Shown here: piece by piece, positions 19,991-31,763 of the stretch
How the letters are laid out: the number at the start of each line of letters is the position of its first letter
Position numbering within the stretch: position 1 is the first letter of the stretch
UHGV virus genome: UHGV-0128395
Reading direction: 5' to 3' (one strand)
DNA: 44,690 nt
Origin: a virus
Made by a program: the position numbers and the translations under genes
Notes under the pieces: model-generated
What the model saw: the letters and a program-made list of their open reading frames with translations, nothing else
Database searches by the model: none
What the model was told of the DNA's origin: nothing

Positions 19991-20518
19991 ATGGCACTCA
20001 CCGACAAGCAAGAAATGTTCTGTCGCGAGTACCTCATCGATTTAAACGCCACGCAAGCGGCTATTCGGGCGGGGTACAGCGCAAAAACAGCCAACCGTAC
20101 TGCGTCCGAAAACATGTCAAAACCTGACATACAACTCAGAATCGCCGAACTGAAAGCACAACGCAATGATCTTGTTGGTATTAATGCAGAATATGTACTT
20201 AATCGCCTTATTGAAATCGACCAGATGGATGTGCTTGACATTCTCCTGCAAAACGGTGAGCTAAAACCCATTAAAGACTGGCCTAAGGTATGGCGCACAA
20301 CGTTATCAGGAATGGATGTCGTGGAGATGGCATCCGCAGATAGCGCCGCACTCCTGAAGAAAATCAAATGGCCTGATAAGGTTAAAAACCTCGAACTTCT
20401 TGGTAAGCATGTTTCTGTTCAGGCGTTTAAAGAACAAGCTTCTCACGAACTAACAGGCAAAGACGGCGGCGCAATCCAGATTGAAACATCACCGATGAGC
20501 ACTCTATTCGGAAAATGA
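19991..20518 (+). CDS. Terminase small subunit
   Basis: MALTDKQEMFCREYLIDLNATQAAIRAGYS... terminase-small HTH. Confidence 0.7.
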   Translation: MALTDKQEMFCREYLIDLNATQAAIRAGYSAKTANRTASENMSKPDIQLRIAELKAQRNDLVGINAEYVLNRLIEIDQMDVLDILLQNGELKPIKDWPKVWRTTLSGMDVVEMASADSAALLKKIKWPDKVKNLELLGKHVSVQAFKEQASHELTGKDGGAIQIETSPMSTLFGK

Positions 20519-21930
20519 CCTCGATTAATCCTATCTTTGAACCGTTCATTGAGGCGCATCGCTACAAAGTCGCCAAAGGCGGTCGAGGTAGCGGTAAATC
20601 ATGGGCAATTGCGAGACTGCTTGTTGAAGCGGCGCGTCGGCAGCCTGTGCGTATTCTCTGCGCTCGTGAACTGCAAAACAGTATCAGCGATTCGGTAATC
20701 CGGCTGCTTGAAGACACCATCGAGCGTGAAGGATATTCGGCTGAGTTTGAAATTCAGCGTTCAATGATTCGTCATCTCGGAACGAATGCTGAATTCATGT
20801 TCTACGGCATAAAAAACAACCCGACGAAGATTAAATCGCTCGAAGGCATTGATATCTGCTGGGTGGAAGAAGCGGAAGCGGTAACGAAGGAATCATGGGA
20901 TATCCTGATCCCAACCATCCGTAAGCCGTTCTCTGAAATATGGGTGAGCTTTAACCCGAAGAACATCCTCGACGATACCTATCAGCGATTCGTCGTAAAT
21001 CCTCCCGATGATATTTGCCTGCTGACGGTGAACTACACCGACAACCCGCACTTTCCTGAAGTTCTCCGTCTGGAGATGGAAGAGTGCAAACGCAGAAATC
21101 CGACACTGTATCGTCACATCTGGCTTGGTGAGCCAGTAAGCGCAAGTGATATGGCAATCATCAAACGTGAATGGCTTGAAGCCGCAACCGATGCGCACAA
21201 GAAACTCGGATGGAAAGCGAAAGGCGCTGTTGTCTCTGCGCATGACCCGTCAGATACAGGACCGGATGCTAAAGGTTATGCATCGCGCCACGGTTCGGTA
21301 GTTAAGCGCATTGCCGAAGGTCTGCTGATGGACATCAATGAAGGTGCTGACTGGGCAACTTCGCTGGCGATTGAAGACGGCGCTGACCACTACTTGTGGG
21401 ATGGCGATGGCGTTGGTGCAGGGCTACGCAGACAGACAACGGAAGCATTCTCCGGTAAGAAAATCACCGCTACGATGTTCAAGGGCAGCGAATCGCCATT
21501 TGATGAAGATGCACCATATCAGGCCGGAGCATGGGCTGATGAAGTCGTGCAGGGCGACAACGTTCGCACTATTGGCGATGTATTCCGCAATAAGCGAGCG
21601 CAATTCTATTACGCGCTGGCTGACAGGCTGTATCTGACATATCGGGCGGTTGTCCACGGTGAGTATGCAGACCCCGACGACATGCTGAGTTTCGACAAAG
21701 AAGCGATAGGCGAGAAGATGCTGGAGAAGCTGTTTGCAGAACTGACGCAGATTCAGCGCAAATTCAATAATAACGGGAAGCTGGAGCTTATGACTAAGGT
21801 CGAAATGAAGCAGAAGCTCGGTATTCCATCTCCTAACCTGGCTGATGCGCTGATGATGTGTATGCATTGCCCGGAGTCGGCTGCGCAACCCGACTATTCC
21901 AGTTACTCAATTCCTTGTGGTGTAGGTTGA
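20515..21930 (+). CDS. Terminase large subunit
   Basis: Walker A KGGRGSGKS; nuclease domain; ATGA coupling. Confidence 0.85.
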   Translation: MTSINPIFEPFIEAHRYKVAKGGRGSGKSWAIARLLVEAARRQPVRILCARELQNSISDSVIRLLEDTIEREGYSAEFEIQRSMIRHLGTNAEFMFYGIKNNPTKIKSLEGIDICWVEEAEAVTKESWDILIPTIRKPFSEIWVSFNPKNILDDTYQRFVVNPPDDICLLTVNYTDNPHFPEVLRLEMEECKRRNPTLYRHIWLGEPVSASDMAIIKREWLEAATDAHKKLGWKAKGAVVSAHDPSDTGPDAKGYASRHGSVVKRIAEGLLMDINEGADWATSLAIEDGADHYLWDGDGVGAGLRRQTTEAFSGKKITATMFKGSESPFDEDAPYQAGAWADEVVQGDNVRTIGDVFRNKRAQFYYALADRLYLTYRAVVHGEYADPDDMLSFDKEAIGEKMLEKLFAELTQIQRKFNNNGKLELMTKVEMKQKLGIPSPNLADALMMCMHCPESAAQPDYSSYSIPCGVG

Positions 21931-21931
21931 T

Positions 21932-24130
21932 ATGGCAGAAAAAAAGATGACTGACTGGCATCGCAAGGTGCTGTGCAACTTTGATAATGCCTGGTCAGCA
22001 ACGCAGGATATGCGTGAGCAGATTATTGAGGCTCAACGTTTCGTCCGGGTGTCCGGCGCACAGTGGGAAGGCAGCACAAACGCTGGTTACTCATTTGATG
22101 AAGGCAGGTTTGAGCATTATCCGCGTTTTGAACTGAATAAGATTTCCCGTGAATGTGATCGCATCATTGGCGAGTATCGGCAGAATCGCATCAGCGTTAA
22201 ATTCAGGCCGAAGGATGACAAGGCATCGGAAGCGTTAGCCGAAAAGATGAACGGCAAATTCCGCGCTGATTATCAGGAAACATCCGGTGGCGAAGCGTGT
22301 GATAACGCATTTGATGATGCTGTAACGGGCGGATTCGGTTGTTTCCGCATGTGTGCTGATTACGAAGATGAAATGGATCCGAGTAACGAGCAGCGACGCA
22401 TCAGCCTTCTTCCTGTTTACGACCCAGCGACATGCGTCTTCTTCGATCAGGACAGCAAGCAATATGACCGCTCTGATGCTATGTGGGCTATGGAAATGTT
22501 CTCCATGACGCCTAAAGCGTTCGAGGCTGAATACCCTGATTCCATCGCGGCAAGCCTTTCTCGTGATGACACTGGCACTCAATATGACTGGTCAACGCCC
22601 GATGCCATCTATGTTGGACGCTACTACGAAGTTCGCATAGAGAAGGTGAAGCTCACGGCGTGGCGCAACCCTGTTAGCGGAGAAACGGCAATCTATGATG
22701 AAGAGCAAATCAAAGATGTTGTCGACGAGCTAACCGATGGCGCATTCGAACTGATTGGTGAGCGAACGGTGAAGAAACGCCGCGTTTATTGCGGCCTTCT
22801 GTCTGGCGCTGAATGGCTGGAAGAACCAAAGCGTATTCCGGGAGAACATATTCCACTCATCCCGGTATATGGGCGTCGCTCATTTGTTGATAATCAGGAG
22901 CGAATCGAAGGCCACGCAGCAAAAGCGATGGATGCACAGCGTCTTGAGAACCTGATGGTTTCCATGATTGCAGATAACGCTACTCAGGCTGGCGGTGATG
23001 GCATTCCTGTAGTTGATGTTGACATGATTCCTGGTCCTCTCGCCAATCATTGGGCGGAGCGCAACAAAAAGCGCCCGGCGTTCCTGCCGATGGTAAGTCT
23101 GAAAAACAAAAACGGAGATATTACTGCGCAGGCTCAGGTCAGCAGTTATACACCTCCGACACAAATGCCTCCTGCTCTTGCCGGGCTATTGCAGTACACC
23201 GGAACGGCTATTCAGCAAATTACAGGTGCGTCGCAGCTTGAGAATATGCCGAGCAACGTCGCTACCGATACCGTTGATAGCATCTTTAACCGGATGGACA
23301 CGCAGTCCTATATCTACATGGACAACATGGCTAAATCCATGCGCCGCGCTGGCGTCGTGTGGCTTTCTATGGCTCGTGAAGTCTATGGCAGCGATACGCC
23401 AATGCGCATTGTTAATGAGGACGGCAGCGATGACGTGGCGCTGATGACTGGTGAAGTGGTTGACCGTCAGACAGGGCAGGTTATCGCGCTTAACGACCTT
23501 TCGCAGGGTAACTATGAAGTGACTGTCGATGTCGGTCAGTCGTTCGCTACTCGCCGTGATGCAACGGTTAAGTCGTTACTTTCCATGCTGGCACTTATCC
23601 CACCAGGAACGCCGAAGCACGACCTTGTATCGTCGATGATTCTCGACAATATGGACGGCGAAGGGATGGATGACCTTAAAGAATACAACCGCAATCAGTT
23701 GCTTCTGTCTGGAGTTATCAAGCCGAGAACGCCAGAAGAGCAGCAGATGGTTGAGCAGGCGAAACAACAACAGGCCAGTCAGCCAGATCCGGCTATGGTT
23801 GCAGCGCAAGGTCAGCTTCTTGCTGGTCAGGCTGAATTGCAGAAAGCGCAGAACGAACAGGCAGCCATTCAGGTTAAAGCATTCCAGGCACAGACTGATG
23901 CTCAGGTTGCTGCGGCAAATGTTGTGAAAATCCTCGCATCTGCCGATAGTCAGCAGAAATCTGATATCCGCGAGGCTCTGAAACTGCTCGGACAGTTCCA
24001 GCAACAGCAAGGAGACAATGCCCGTGCTGATGCAGAGCTTGTCCTGAAAAGTCAGGCACAGGGTCATGCGCAGCGCATGGACATCAGCAGCATCCTACAA
24101 AAATCAACTCAGCAACAACCACAGCAGTAA
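21932..24130 (+). CDS. Portal protein (P22 gp1-like)
   Basis: 732 aa with Gln-rich C-terminal helical region. Confidence 0.8.
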   Translation: MAEKKMTDWHRKVLCNFDNAWSATQDMREQIIEAQRFVRVSGAQWEGSTNAGYSFDEGRFEHYPRFELNKISRECDRIIGEYRQNRISVKFRPKDDKASEALAEKMNGKFRADYQETSGGEACDNAFDDAVTGGFGCFRMCADYEDEMDPSNEQRRISLLPVYDPATCVFFDQDSKQYDRSDAMWAMEMFSMTPKAFEAEYPDSIAASLSRDDTGTQYDWSTPDAIYVGRYYEVRIEKVKLTAWRNPVSGETAIYDEEQIKDVVDELTDGAFELIGERTVKKRRVYCGLLSGAEWLEEPKRIPGEHIPLIPVYGRRSFVDNQERIEGHAAKAMDAQRLENLMVSMIADNATQAGGDGIPVVDVDMIPGPLANHWAERNKKRPAFLPMVSLKNKNGDITAQAQVSSYTPPTQMPPALAGLLQYTGTAIQQITGASQLENMPSNVATDTVDSIFNRMDTQSYIYMDNMAKSMRRAGVVWLSMAREVYGSDTPMRIVNEDGSDDVALMTGEVVDRQTGQVIALNDLSQGNYEVTVDVGQSFATRRDATVKSLLSMLALIPPGTPKHDLVSSMILDNMDGEGMDDLKEYNRNQLLLSGVIKPRTPEEQQMVEQAKQQQASQPDPAMVAAQGQLLAGQAELQKAQNEQAAIQVKAFQAQTDAQVAAANVVKILASADSQQKSDIREALKLLGQFQQQQGDNARADAELVLKSQAQGHAQRMDISSILQKSTQQQPQQ

Positions 24131-24220
24131 TTAACCCATAACGTGCAATGGCTGTCTTTATGAGGCCTGGCACCCTATTGCCTTCCGATGGGCTGAACAT
24201 CGAGTAAACAGGGGTAACAA

Positions 24221-25114
24221 ATGGACCAGATGGCAGAAAACACACCAGAAGTTGAAATCGAAACCGACGCGTCAGAGCAGATTCCTGATGATGTCGAACT
24301 GGCTGAAGAAGTCGAAACAGCAGATGGCAGTGAGTCCTCAGGAAATGATGCAGAGGAAGCTACTGACACTGATGACGACGAATCAGAACAGGAATTCTAC
24401 TTTGGTGACGAAAAGCTGGATTCGCCAACCAGCGAAGATAGCGCAGAGCATGGACTGGTAAAACACCTGCGCAAGACGATTAAAGAGAAAGACCGCGAGC
24501 TGAAAGAGCTGATGCGTCAGTCTCAGAAACCCGTCGAGCAGCAGCCGGTAATCACTCAACCACCGCGAATGCCAAAACTGGATGATGAGGACATCGGTTT
24601 CGATGAAGAAATCTATCAGCAACGCATGGCTAAGTGGGCAGAGGATAACGGCAAGTACCAGCAACAGGAGATAGCTCGCAAGCAGAAGGAGCAGGAGCTT
24701 CAGGCTGCCTATCAAGAGCGATTATCCAAATATCAGCAACGTGTTAAGGCTCTCAAGGTTCCTGGCTATCAGGAAGCAGAACAGGCCGTACTCGAGGAAA
24801 TCCCCATCGAGACACAAAACGCGATCCTGTTTGAGTCAGAGAAGCCGGAAATCGTTGTTCTGGCACTCGGTCGCAACGCTGAACTGCGCAAGCAACTGGC
24901 AGAAGCTACCAACCCCGTAGCAATTGGTCGTCTGCTGGAACGTATCGAATCGAAGGCCAGAATCATGCCAAAAGCAAAAACCACGGCAGCCACAACCCCG
25001 ACAGTTAAGGGGAGCAACGGCGCAGTAATCAACAACCTCGACAAATTGAAAGCCAAGGCGCTGGAAACTGGTGACTGGACGCCGTATTTCGCCGCTAAAA
25101 AGGCAAAAAAATAA
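24221..25114 (+). CDS. Scaffolding protein (gp8-like)
   Basis: Acidic N-terminus, coiled-coil, basic C-terminus; position. Confidence 0.6.
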   Translation: MDQMAENTPEVEIETDASEQIPDDVELAEEVETADGSESSGNDAEEATDTDDDESEQEFYFGDEKLDSPTSEDSAEHGLVKHLRKTIKEKDRELKELMRQSQKPVEQQPVITQPPRMPKLDDEDIGFDEEIYQQRMAKWAEDNGKYQQQEIARKQKEQELQAAYQERLSKYQQRVKALKVPGYQEAEQAVLEEIPIETQNAILFESEKPEIVVLALGRNAELRKQLAEATNPVAIGRLLERIESKARIMPKAKTTAATTPTVKGSNGAVINNLDKLKAKALETGDWTPYFAAKKAKK

Positions 25115-25132
25115 CCTATCGGAGCATTAAGC

Positions 25133-26386
25133 ATGGCTAACCAATTAGCAAAAGACCTTGAAATCATGTTCGAAAACTACGTTGAAGGCTTTGAGGCCGC
25201 CTGCGTAGTTTCCCGTAACGCTAAAAAATTCCGTCCCGGTGATACAGCAATGCAGCGAGCAGGTGATGTTCTGTATCGTCCGCAGCATTACCACATGAAC
25301 ATTGAGGAAGGCCTCGACCTCAGCAGCAAAACGCCAACAGCACTGGTTCAGCGCCTTGTTCCTTCTGTGTTCAAGGAGCCTAAAAACATTCTGTACACTC
25401 TGGATGCGCGTGAAATGCGTGACCCGGAACATAAAACTGAAGCTGGTCGCGCCGCAGGTATGCGCCTTGCTGCACAGATTGACTCTGACCTGATTTCCAT
25501 GGTCACGCAGCGTGCTACTAACGTGATCACAATGGCTGACTCAACCACTGGTTCACAGGGCCGTGATTTGTGGAACTGTGCGGCAGGTATTGATGCCACC
25601 ATGACGGCGATTGGTGTACCGCAGGGTATCAACCGTCGCTCTTTCTGGAACCCCTTCAACTACAAAGACCTTGCTGGCGAGCTTGGTCACCGTGCCTACG
25701 CTCAGGGCGCAACCCTGACAGCATACGAAAAAGCGCAGATCCCTCCGATTGCTTCCTTTGATAGCTACAAGACCGATATTTCTGGTCGTGTTCCGAAAGG
25801 GACTGCGACTTCCATTACGCTGGCGGCCGAACCTGCGCACAAGGTTGAAGCGAAAGACGCCAACGATATGCCAGTGGATAACCGACAGGGGACCATTACG
25901 GTATCTGCATCTGGTTTGCAGGTTGGCGATGCATTTACCATTGCAGGGGTGAATTCTGTACACCAGATCACCAAAGACACCACCGGGCAGCCGCAGGTAT
26001 TCCGCGTTCTGGCAGTTAGCGGAACGACAGTAACTATCTCCCCGAAAATTTTGCCGCCTGACAACGCGGATGTCGCCAGCCGTCCATATGCAAACGTTGA
26101 TGCTAACGCGGCAAATGGTGCAGCAATTACCATTCTCAACAAAAATGCCGCACCGGCTAACCTGTTCTGGGCTGATGGTTCTGTTGAACTGATGTACGGC
26201 AAACTGGCATTCCCGACTGGTCAGGGGCCACAGGTAATGACAGCAACCACCGAGCAGGGCGCTACGCTGATCATGTCTTACGCCTTCGACCACATCAAAG
26301 GCGTAACCACTGCACGTTTCACCACTCTGTACGGTTGCTCTGTACTGGTTCCTGAATATACGGGCATCGTTATTGCCGGGCAGTAA
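25133..26386 (+). CDS. Major coat protein (gp5-like)
   Basis: 417 aa; position after scaffold. Confidence 0.7.
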   Translation: MANQLAKDLEIMFENYVEGFEAACVVSRNAKKFRPGDTAMQRAGDVLYRPQHYHMNIEEGLDLSSKTPTALVQRLVPSVFKEPKNILYTLDAREMRDPEHKTEAGRAAGMRLAAQIDSDLISMVTQRATNVITMADSTTGSQGRDLWNCAAGIDATMTAIGVPQGINRRSFWNPFNYKDLAGELGHRAYAQGATLTAYEKAQIPPIASFDSYKTDISGRVPKGTATSITLAAEPAHKVEAKDANDMPVDNRQGTITVSASGLQVGDAFTIAGVNSVHQITKDTTGQPQVFRVLAVSGTTVTISPKILPPDNADVASRPYANVDANAANGAAITILNKNAAPANLFWADGSVELMYGKLAFPTGQGPQVMTATTEQGATLIMSYAFDHIKGVTTARFTTLYGCSVLVPEYTGIVIAGQ

Positions 26387-26393
26387 TTTTGGT

Positions 26394-26416
26394 GGGGCTT
26401 CGGCCCCATTTTTATT
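26394..26416 (+). terminator. Partial terminator after coat gene
   Basis: GGGGC-TTCG-GCCCC then ATTTTTATT. Confidence 0.5.
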
Positions 26417-26427
26417 GGGAGAAGACA

Positions 26428-26616
26428 ATGGCACGAACAATGCTCTATAAGCCTGGCAACATGATCACCTGTGGTCAGTTTGCTGTCGATTACATCATTG
26501 TTGATGACGAAGAAGTTAAATCTCACCTGAAAAAAGGCTGGGTAAAAACTCCTGAAGAAACCGCAACGAAGCAAAAAGTGGCTAAGGCGGAAGAAGATGG
26601 CGAAAACGAAGGGTGA
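26428..26616 (+). CDS. Hypothetical small protein (62 aa)
   Basis: ATG with GGGAGAAG RBS; track ORF starts upstream at alternative codon. Confidence 0.4.
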   Translation: MARTMLYKPGNMITCGQFAVDYIIVDDEEVKSHLKKGWVKTPEETATKQKVAKAEEDGENEG

Positions 26617-27058
26617 TCTCGTTCTTAAGGCTTTACGAAAAGCCGGGCTGTATTCCAATGCCACGTTGACAGATGCTGACCCTCAGGCAATTGAAGATGC
26701 CATTAATGACCTCGAAGACATGATGGCAGCATGGCAGGCTAAAGGTATCGAGCTTGGGTATCAGTTTGCTGATACAGAAAACGGCATCATGCCGTTACCT
26801 GACGATGATTCAGGTATCCCTGCATGGGCAAATGATGGCGTCGCTTTGAAACTCGCTGTGCAAGTGTGCATGGATAACGTCATTCAGCCGTCAGACGCTC
26901 TCCTTACCGCTGCTGACAGTGCATATCAGACAATCTGTATCGCTTTAACCAAAATACCACCACTTGAGCGACGAAATGACATGCCTCGCGGTAGTGGTAA
27001 CAAAAGCGCGTTTACGTGGAATCGGTTTTACATCGAGAAAGATGATCCGAGTACGTGA
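26597..27058 (+). CDS. Head completion protein (gp4-like)
   Basis: Synteny and size. Confidence 0.5.
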   Translation: MAKTKGDLVLKALRKAGLYSNATLTDADPQAIEDAINDLEDMMAAWQAKGIELGYQFADTENGIMPLPDDDSGIPAWANDGVALKLAVQVCMDNVIQPSDALLTAADSAYQTICIALTKIPPLERRNDMPRGSGNKSAFTWNRFYIEKDDPST

Positions 27059-27067
27059 GGTGAATAA

Positions 27068-28486
27068 ATGCCGATTCAGCAACTTCCGCTTATGAAAGGT
27101 GTCGGCAAAGACTTTCGAAACGCCGACTATATCGACTATCTGCCAGTAAATATGTTGGCTACACCCAAAGAAATCCTTAACAGCAGCGGATATCTTCGCT
27201 CATTCCCGGGCATTGCAAAACGTTCTGATGTGAACGGTGTATCTCGAGGCGTCGAGTACAACATGGCGCAGAATGCTGTTTATCGCGTGTGTGGTGGCAA
27301 GCTGTACAAAGGAGAAAGTGAAGTCGGTGATGTTGCCGGAAGTGGTCGCGTATCAATGGCGCATGGTCGGACATCACAGGCGGTAGGCGTTAATGGTCAA
27401 CTTTTCGAGTATCGCTATGATGGCACGGTTAAAACCGTCTCAAACTGGCCTGCAGACAGCGGATTTACGCAGTATGAATTAGGTTCGGTTCGTGACATTA
27501 CTCGCTTACGTGGGCGTTATGCGTGGTCAAAAGACGGTACTGATTCATGGTTTATCACTGATCTTGAAGACGAATCGCATCCTGACCGCTACAGCGCACA
27601 ATATCGGGCAGAATCACAGCCTGACGGCATCATCGGCATCGGAACATGGCGAGACTTCATCGTCTGCTTTGGCTCATCGACGATTGAATATTTCTCCCTG
27701 ACTGGTGCAACCACAGTTGGTGCTGCTTTGTATGTCGCACAGCCATCGCTGATGGTGCAGAAAGGCATTGCCGGGACTTACTGCAAAACGCCGTTTGCTG
27801 ATTCGTATGCGTTCATCAGCAATCCGGCAACAGGTGCGCCGTCTGTGTACATCATCGGTTCCGGTCAGGTGTCACCAATCGCCAGCGCGAGCATTGAGAA
27901 AATCCTCCGCTCCTACACTGCTGATGAACTGGCTGATGGTGTGATGGAATCGCTGCGATTTGATGCTCATGAGTTGCTGATTATCCACCTTCCGCGCCAT
28001 GTTCTCGTGTACGACGCATCTTCAAGCGCCAATGGTTCGCAATGGTGTGTGTTGAAAACTGGCTTGTATGACGATGTGTACCGCGCTATCGACTTCATTT
28101 ACGAAGGCAATCAGATAACGTGCGGCGATAAGCTGGAATCCGTGACCGGGAAATTGCAGTTCGATATCAGCAGCCAGTACGACAAGCAGCAGGAACACCT
28201 GCTGTTTACTCCGTTGTTCAAAGCGGATAACGCCAGAGTTTTCGACCTTGAAGTTGAATCGTCAACTGGAGTTGCGCAGTATGCTGACCGCCTTTTTCTC
28301 TCTGCAACCACTGACGGCATCAATTACGGGCGTGAGCAGATGATTGAGCAGAATGAACCGTTCGTTTACGACAAACGCGTTTTGTGGAAGCGGGTCGGAC
28401 GCATCAGGAAAAATGTCGGCTTCAAATTGCGCGTTATCACTAAGTCACCTGTCACTCTCTCAGGCTGCCAGATAAGGATTGAGTAA
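27068..28486 (+). CDS. Head completion protein (gp10-like)
   Basis: 472 aa as P22 gp10; synteny. Confidence 0.6.
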   Translation: MPIQQLPLMKGVGKDFRNADYIDYLPVNMLATPKEILNSSGYLRSFPGIAKRSDVNGVSRGVEYNMAQNAVYRVCGGKLYKGESEVGDVAGSGRVSMAHGRTSQAVGVNGQLFEYRYDGTVKTVSNWPADSGFTQYELGSVRDITRLRGRYAWSKDGTDSWFITDLEDESHPDRYSAQYRAESQPDGIIGIGTWRDFIVCFGSSTIEYFSLTGATTVGAALYVAQPSLMVQKGIAGTYCKTPFADSYAFISNPATGAPSVYIIGSGQVSPIASASIEKILRSYTADELADGVMESLRFDAHELLIIHLPRHVLVYDASSSANGSQWCVLKTGLYDDVYRAIDFIYEGNQITCGDKLESVTGKLQFDISSQYDKQQEHLLFTPLFKADNARVFDLEVESSTGVAQYADRLFLSATTDGINYGREQMIEQNEPFVYDKRVLWKRVGRIRKNVGFKLRVITKSPVTLSGCQIRIE

Positions 28487-29187
28487 TGGTTGATTCATCA
28501 CTGAATGATCCTGTCGTGGTTCAGGCTACGCGCCTTGATGCTTCAATTTTGCCACGCAATATATTCAGCCAGTCTTACCTGCTGTATGTCATAAATCAGG
28601 GAGCTGATGTCGGTGCAATTGCTGGGAAGGCAAATCAGGCTGGTCAGGGCGCTTACGATGCCCAGGTAAAAAACGATGAACAGGACGTAGAACTGGCTGA
28701 TCACGACGCAAGAATCACCGCAAACACAAAAGCGATAAATCTCCTTGAGGTCAGGTTAACAACCGCCGAAGGGAAGATAGTCGTACTGCGTAGCGATGTT
28801 GATTACTTGCTGGATGAGGTTATCGATATTCAGGGGCATCTGGTCACTGTTGACCAAAGACTGGATGACGTAGAAAACGATGTCTCTGGCATTAAGAGTG
28901 ATTACGTATCGAAAACCGTAACAGAATTGCAGTCTCTTGCGTCACCGCTGGATGTAAAAACATCATATTCAGTTGATGGAATTCAGGTTGTTGGAGCAAG
29001 AAATACCGGATGGACTGCAGCCACAGGTACACCTCTTCTTGGCTCATTCAACGCTAACCAGTCATACACAGTCGGCACTACGTACACACAATCCGAAGTC
29101 GCAGCCCTCGCTACAGGTTTGCAGCAGGCGCGGCAGCGTATTCTGGCGCTTGAAACGGCACTTAGATTACATGGGCTGATTGACTGA
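28486..29187 (+). CDS. Tail needle protein (gp26-like)
   Basis: N-terminus ...[22 protein letters not shown]... and C-terminus ...[13 protein letters not shown] match recalled P22 gp26. Confidence 0.8.
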   Translation: MVDSSLNDPVVVQATRLDASILPRNIFSQSYLLYVINQGADVGAIAGKANQAGQGAYDAQVKNDEQDVELADHDARITANTKAINLLEVRLTTAEGKIVVLRSDVDYLLDEVIDIQGHLVTVDQRLDDVENDVSGIKSDYVSKTVTELQSLASPLDVKTSYSVDGIQVVGARNTGWTAATGTPLLGSFNANQSYTVGTTYTQSEVAALATGLQQARQRILALETALRLHGLID

Positions 29188-29642
29188 TGATTACATTCAA
29201 ACCAACGCGAAACATCGACCTGATAGAAGCCGTAGGAAATCACCCTGACATTATCGCCGGGAGCAACAACGGTGATGGATACGACTACAAACCTGAATGC
29301 CGTTACTTTGAGGTGAACGTGCACGGGCAGTTCGGCGGAATTGTTTACTATCAGGAGATTCAGCCGCTGACCTTTGATTGCCACGCCATGTACCTGCCAG
29401 AGATTCGCGGCTTCAGCAAGGAAATCGGGCTGGCGTTCTGGCGATACATTCTGACTAACACCACCGTTCAGTGCGTCACATCGTTCGCTGCACGCAAATT
29501 CCGCCACGGGCAGATGTACTGCGCAATGATTGGCCTTAAGCGTGTAGGAACCATCAAGAAATACTTCAAAGGCGTGGATGACGTGACGTTTTACAGCGCC
29601 ACACGCGAAGAACTAATCGACTTCCTGAAGCACGGGAGATAG
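29187..29642 (+). CDS. gp14-like virion protein
   Basis: Synteny only. Confidence 0.4.
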   Translation: MITFKPTRNIDLIEAVGNHPDIIAGSNNGDGYDYKPECRYFEVNVHGQFGGIVYYQEIQPLTFDCHAMYLPEIRGFSKEIGLAFWRYILTNTTVQCVTSFAARKFRHGQMYCAMIGLKRVGTIKKYFKGVDDVTFYSATREELIDFLKHGR

Positions 29643-29644
29643 CC

Positions 29645-30337
29645 ATGTTATATGCATTTAAGCTGGGCAGAAAACTGCGCGGCGAGGAACCTTATTGCCC
29701 TGAAAAAGGCGGGAAAGGTGGCAGTTCTGATAAAAGCGCAAAGTATGCAGCAGAAGCTCAGAAGTATGCCGCAGACCTGCAAAATCAGCAGTTCAACACC
29801 ATCATGAACAACCTGAAACCGTTTACTCCTCTGGCTGAGAAGTATGTCGGCAGCCTCGAGAACTTATCGTCTCTGGAGGGGCAAGGTCAGGCACTTAACC
29901 AGTATTACAACTCTCAGCAGTACAAAGATCTTGCTGGTCAGGCTCGCTATCAGAGTCTGGCGGCAGCGGAAGCAACAGGTGGATTGGGTTCCACCGCAAC
30001 CAGTAATCAGTTAGCAACAATCGCACCAACGCTTGGTCAGCAATGGCTATCTGGACAAATGAACAATTACAACAACCTGGCAAATATCGGTCTTGGCGCT
30101 CTTCAGGGACAGGCAAACGCCGGGCAAACATATGCCAACAACATGAGTCAGATTTCACAGCAAAGCGCGGCGCTGGCTGCGGCAAACGCCAACCGACCGT
30201 CAGCATTTCAGCAGGGGGTTAGTGGTGCTGCATCCGGTGCACTTTTGGGTGGTGGCATAGCCAGTGCTCTCGAGCTATCAACTCCGTGGGGTGCTGGTAT
30301 CGGTGCTGGTCTTGGTCTGCTTGGCTCGTTGTTTTAA
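29645..30337 (+). CDS. Ejection protein gp7-like
   Basis: 230 aa; Gln/Ala/Gly-rich; synteny. Confidence 0.5.
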   Translation: MLYAFKLGRKLRGEEPYCPEKGGKGGSSDKSAKYAAEAQKYAADLQNQQFNTIMNNLKPFTPLAEKYVGSLENLSSLEGQGQALNQYYNSQQYKDLAGQARYQSLAAAEATGGLGSTATSNQLATIAPTLGQQWLSGQMNNYNNLANIGLGALQGQANAGQTYANNMSQISQQSAALAAANANRPSAFQQGVSGAASGALLGGGIASALELSTPWGAGIGAGLGLLGSLF

Positions 30338-30347
30338 GGGGTAATCA

Positions 30348-31763
30348 ATGGCTACGTGGCAACAGGGTATTAATTCTGGTGGGTTTCTTGCTGGCATCGG
30401 TGCGCAAAATGAGAATGCGCCAAAGGCAAGCGACATTAACGCAACGCTTGGTCTGATCCGCGAAAACAATGAACTGGCTCGCTCAGGTGCAAATAACGTT
30501 GGTCTGACCGCGTTACGTGGTCTGGCTGGAGTTGCTGATATTTATAAGCAGGAACAGCAACAGAAAGCGATTAATGCGTTCAATAAGGTTCATGCTGATG
30601 CATGGGCTTCTGGTGATCCATCGGGACTATTTAAGTTTGCCCAGGAAAATCCAGCGTTTGTTGCACAGGCACAACAGGCATTTTCCGGTCTTAATGAGCA
30701 GCAACGCAACGATGTGGGCGATTTAGCCATGAGGGCTAACGTCGCTCTTTCTCAGGGACCGGAAGCCTACAGTAAATTCATTACTGATAACAAGGACAGG
30801 TTAAATCGCGTGGGGGCGAATGCTGACTGGATGATTCAGACAGGTATTCAGAATCCAGAGCAGCTATCACACATGCTGACTACTATGTCTCTCGGTGCAC
30901 TTGGGCCAGAAAAGGCGTTTGCTGTTCAGGACAAGATAGCTGGTCGTGAGATTGACCGAGGTAGGCTGGCAGAGACAATCCGCAGCAATCAGGCTGGAGA
31001 AGCACTTCAGGCGAGAGGGCAAAACCTTTCCTATCAGTCAGCAATGACTGGACACAATATCGCAGCACAACGCTTGGCTCTGGATCAGCAAGAGTTCGGG
31101 TTTAAGATGCAGCAAGCACAGGAAAAGGCTCAGCAGTTGATTAGCGAAGCACCTAAGCTGTCAGTAAACATGGAAAAAGGCATCGAGACGGCTGTAAACA
31201 ATGCTACAGCATCATCAAACTCAGCCAATTCCATGAGTGCGCTTGCTCAACAGTTCAGAGCAGAAAAACCAACGACAGGTTTGTTCGGTAACGCACAGAA
31301 CATGTTCGCAAAACTTACCGGAAGCGATACAACATTGCGTGATTTGCGCATCCGCCAAAATGCCCTTGTTAACAGTCAGGTTCTTAAATTCCTACCTCCC
31401 GGCCCCGCAACGGATAAAGACGTTGAGATCGTTCGGCAGGGTGCACCAACTGACATGGATAACCCTGAGACGGTCGCAAGATGGCTTGATGCGATGGCAA
31501 ACCTTGAGCGACGAAACGCGCAGTTTAATGAGTTTAAAGCCGAGTGGATGAGCGCGAATGGCAATCCAGGACAATCGCGTAATGGCGGTCAGATATTGGG
31601 GTTGGATGTTAAAAAAGGTGAATCATTGGGGAGTGCCGTTAAGCGGTATATGTCAATGAATACTGACGCAGCGCCAGCACAAGATTCGACACCTTCAGGA
31701 GAACCACGGAATCAGGTTGGATCATATACCTCAAAATCAGGCATTCAATTTACGGTGGAATGA
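30348..31763 (+). CDS. Ejection protein gp20-like
   Basis: 471 aa; synteny. Confidence 0.5.
   Translation: MATWQQGINSGGFLAGIGAQNENAPKASDINATLGLIRENNELARSGANNVGLTALRGLAGVADIYKQEQQQKAINAFNKVHADAWASGDPSGLFKFAQENPAFVAQAQQAFSGLNEQQRNDVGDLAMRANVALSQGPEAYSKFITDNKDRLNRVGANADWMIQTGIQNPEQLSHMLTTMSLGALGPEKAFAVQDKIAGREIDRGRLAETIRSNQAGEALQARGQNLSYQSAMTGHNIAAQRLALDQQEFGFKMQQAQEKAQQLISEAPKLSVNMEKGIETAVNNATASSNSANSMSALAQQFRAEKPTTGLFGNAQNMFAKLTGSDTTLRDLRIRQNALVNSQVLKFLPPGPATDKDVEIVRQGAPTDMDNPETVARWLDAMANLERRNAQFNEFKAEWMSANGNPGQSRNGGQILGLDVKKGESLGSAVKRYMSMNTDAAPAQDSTPSGEPRNQVGSYTSKSGIQFTVE

Noticed and set aside
21424..24067. Minus-strand ORFs inside terminase and portal genes (21424-21888, 22235-22582, 22880-23164, 23576-24067)
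   Set aside because: Embedded antisense in well-supported structural genes; biased composition, no start context.
25145..26664. Minus-strand ORFs inside coat gene (25553-26440, 25765-26202, 26278-26664)
   Set aside because: Antisense shadows within the major coat gene.
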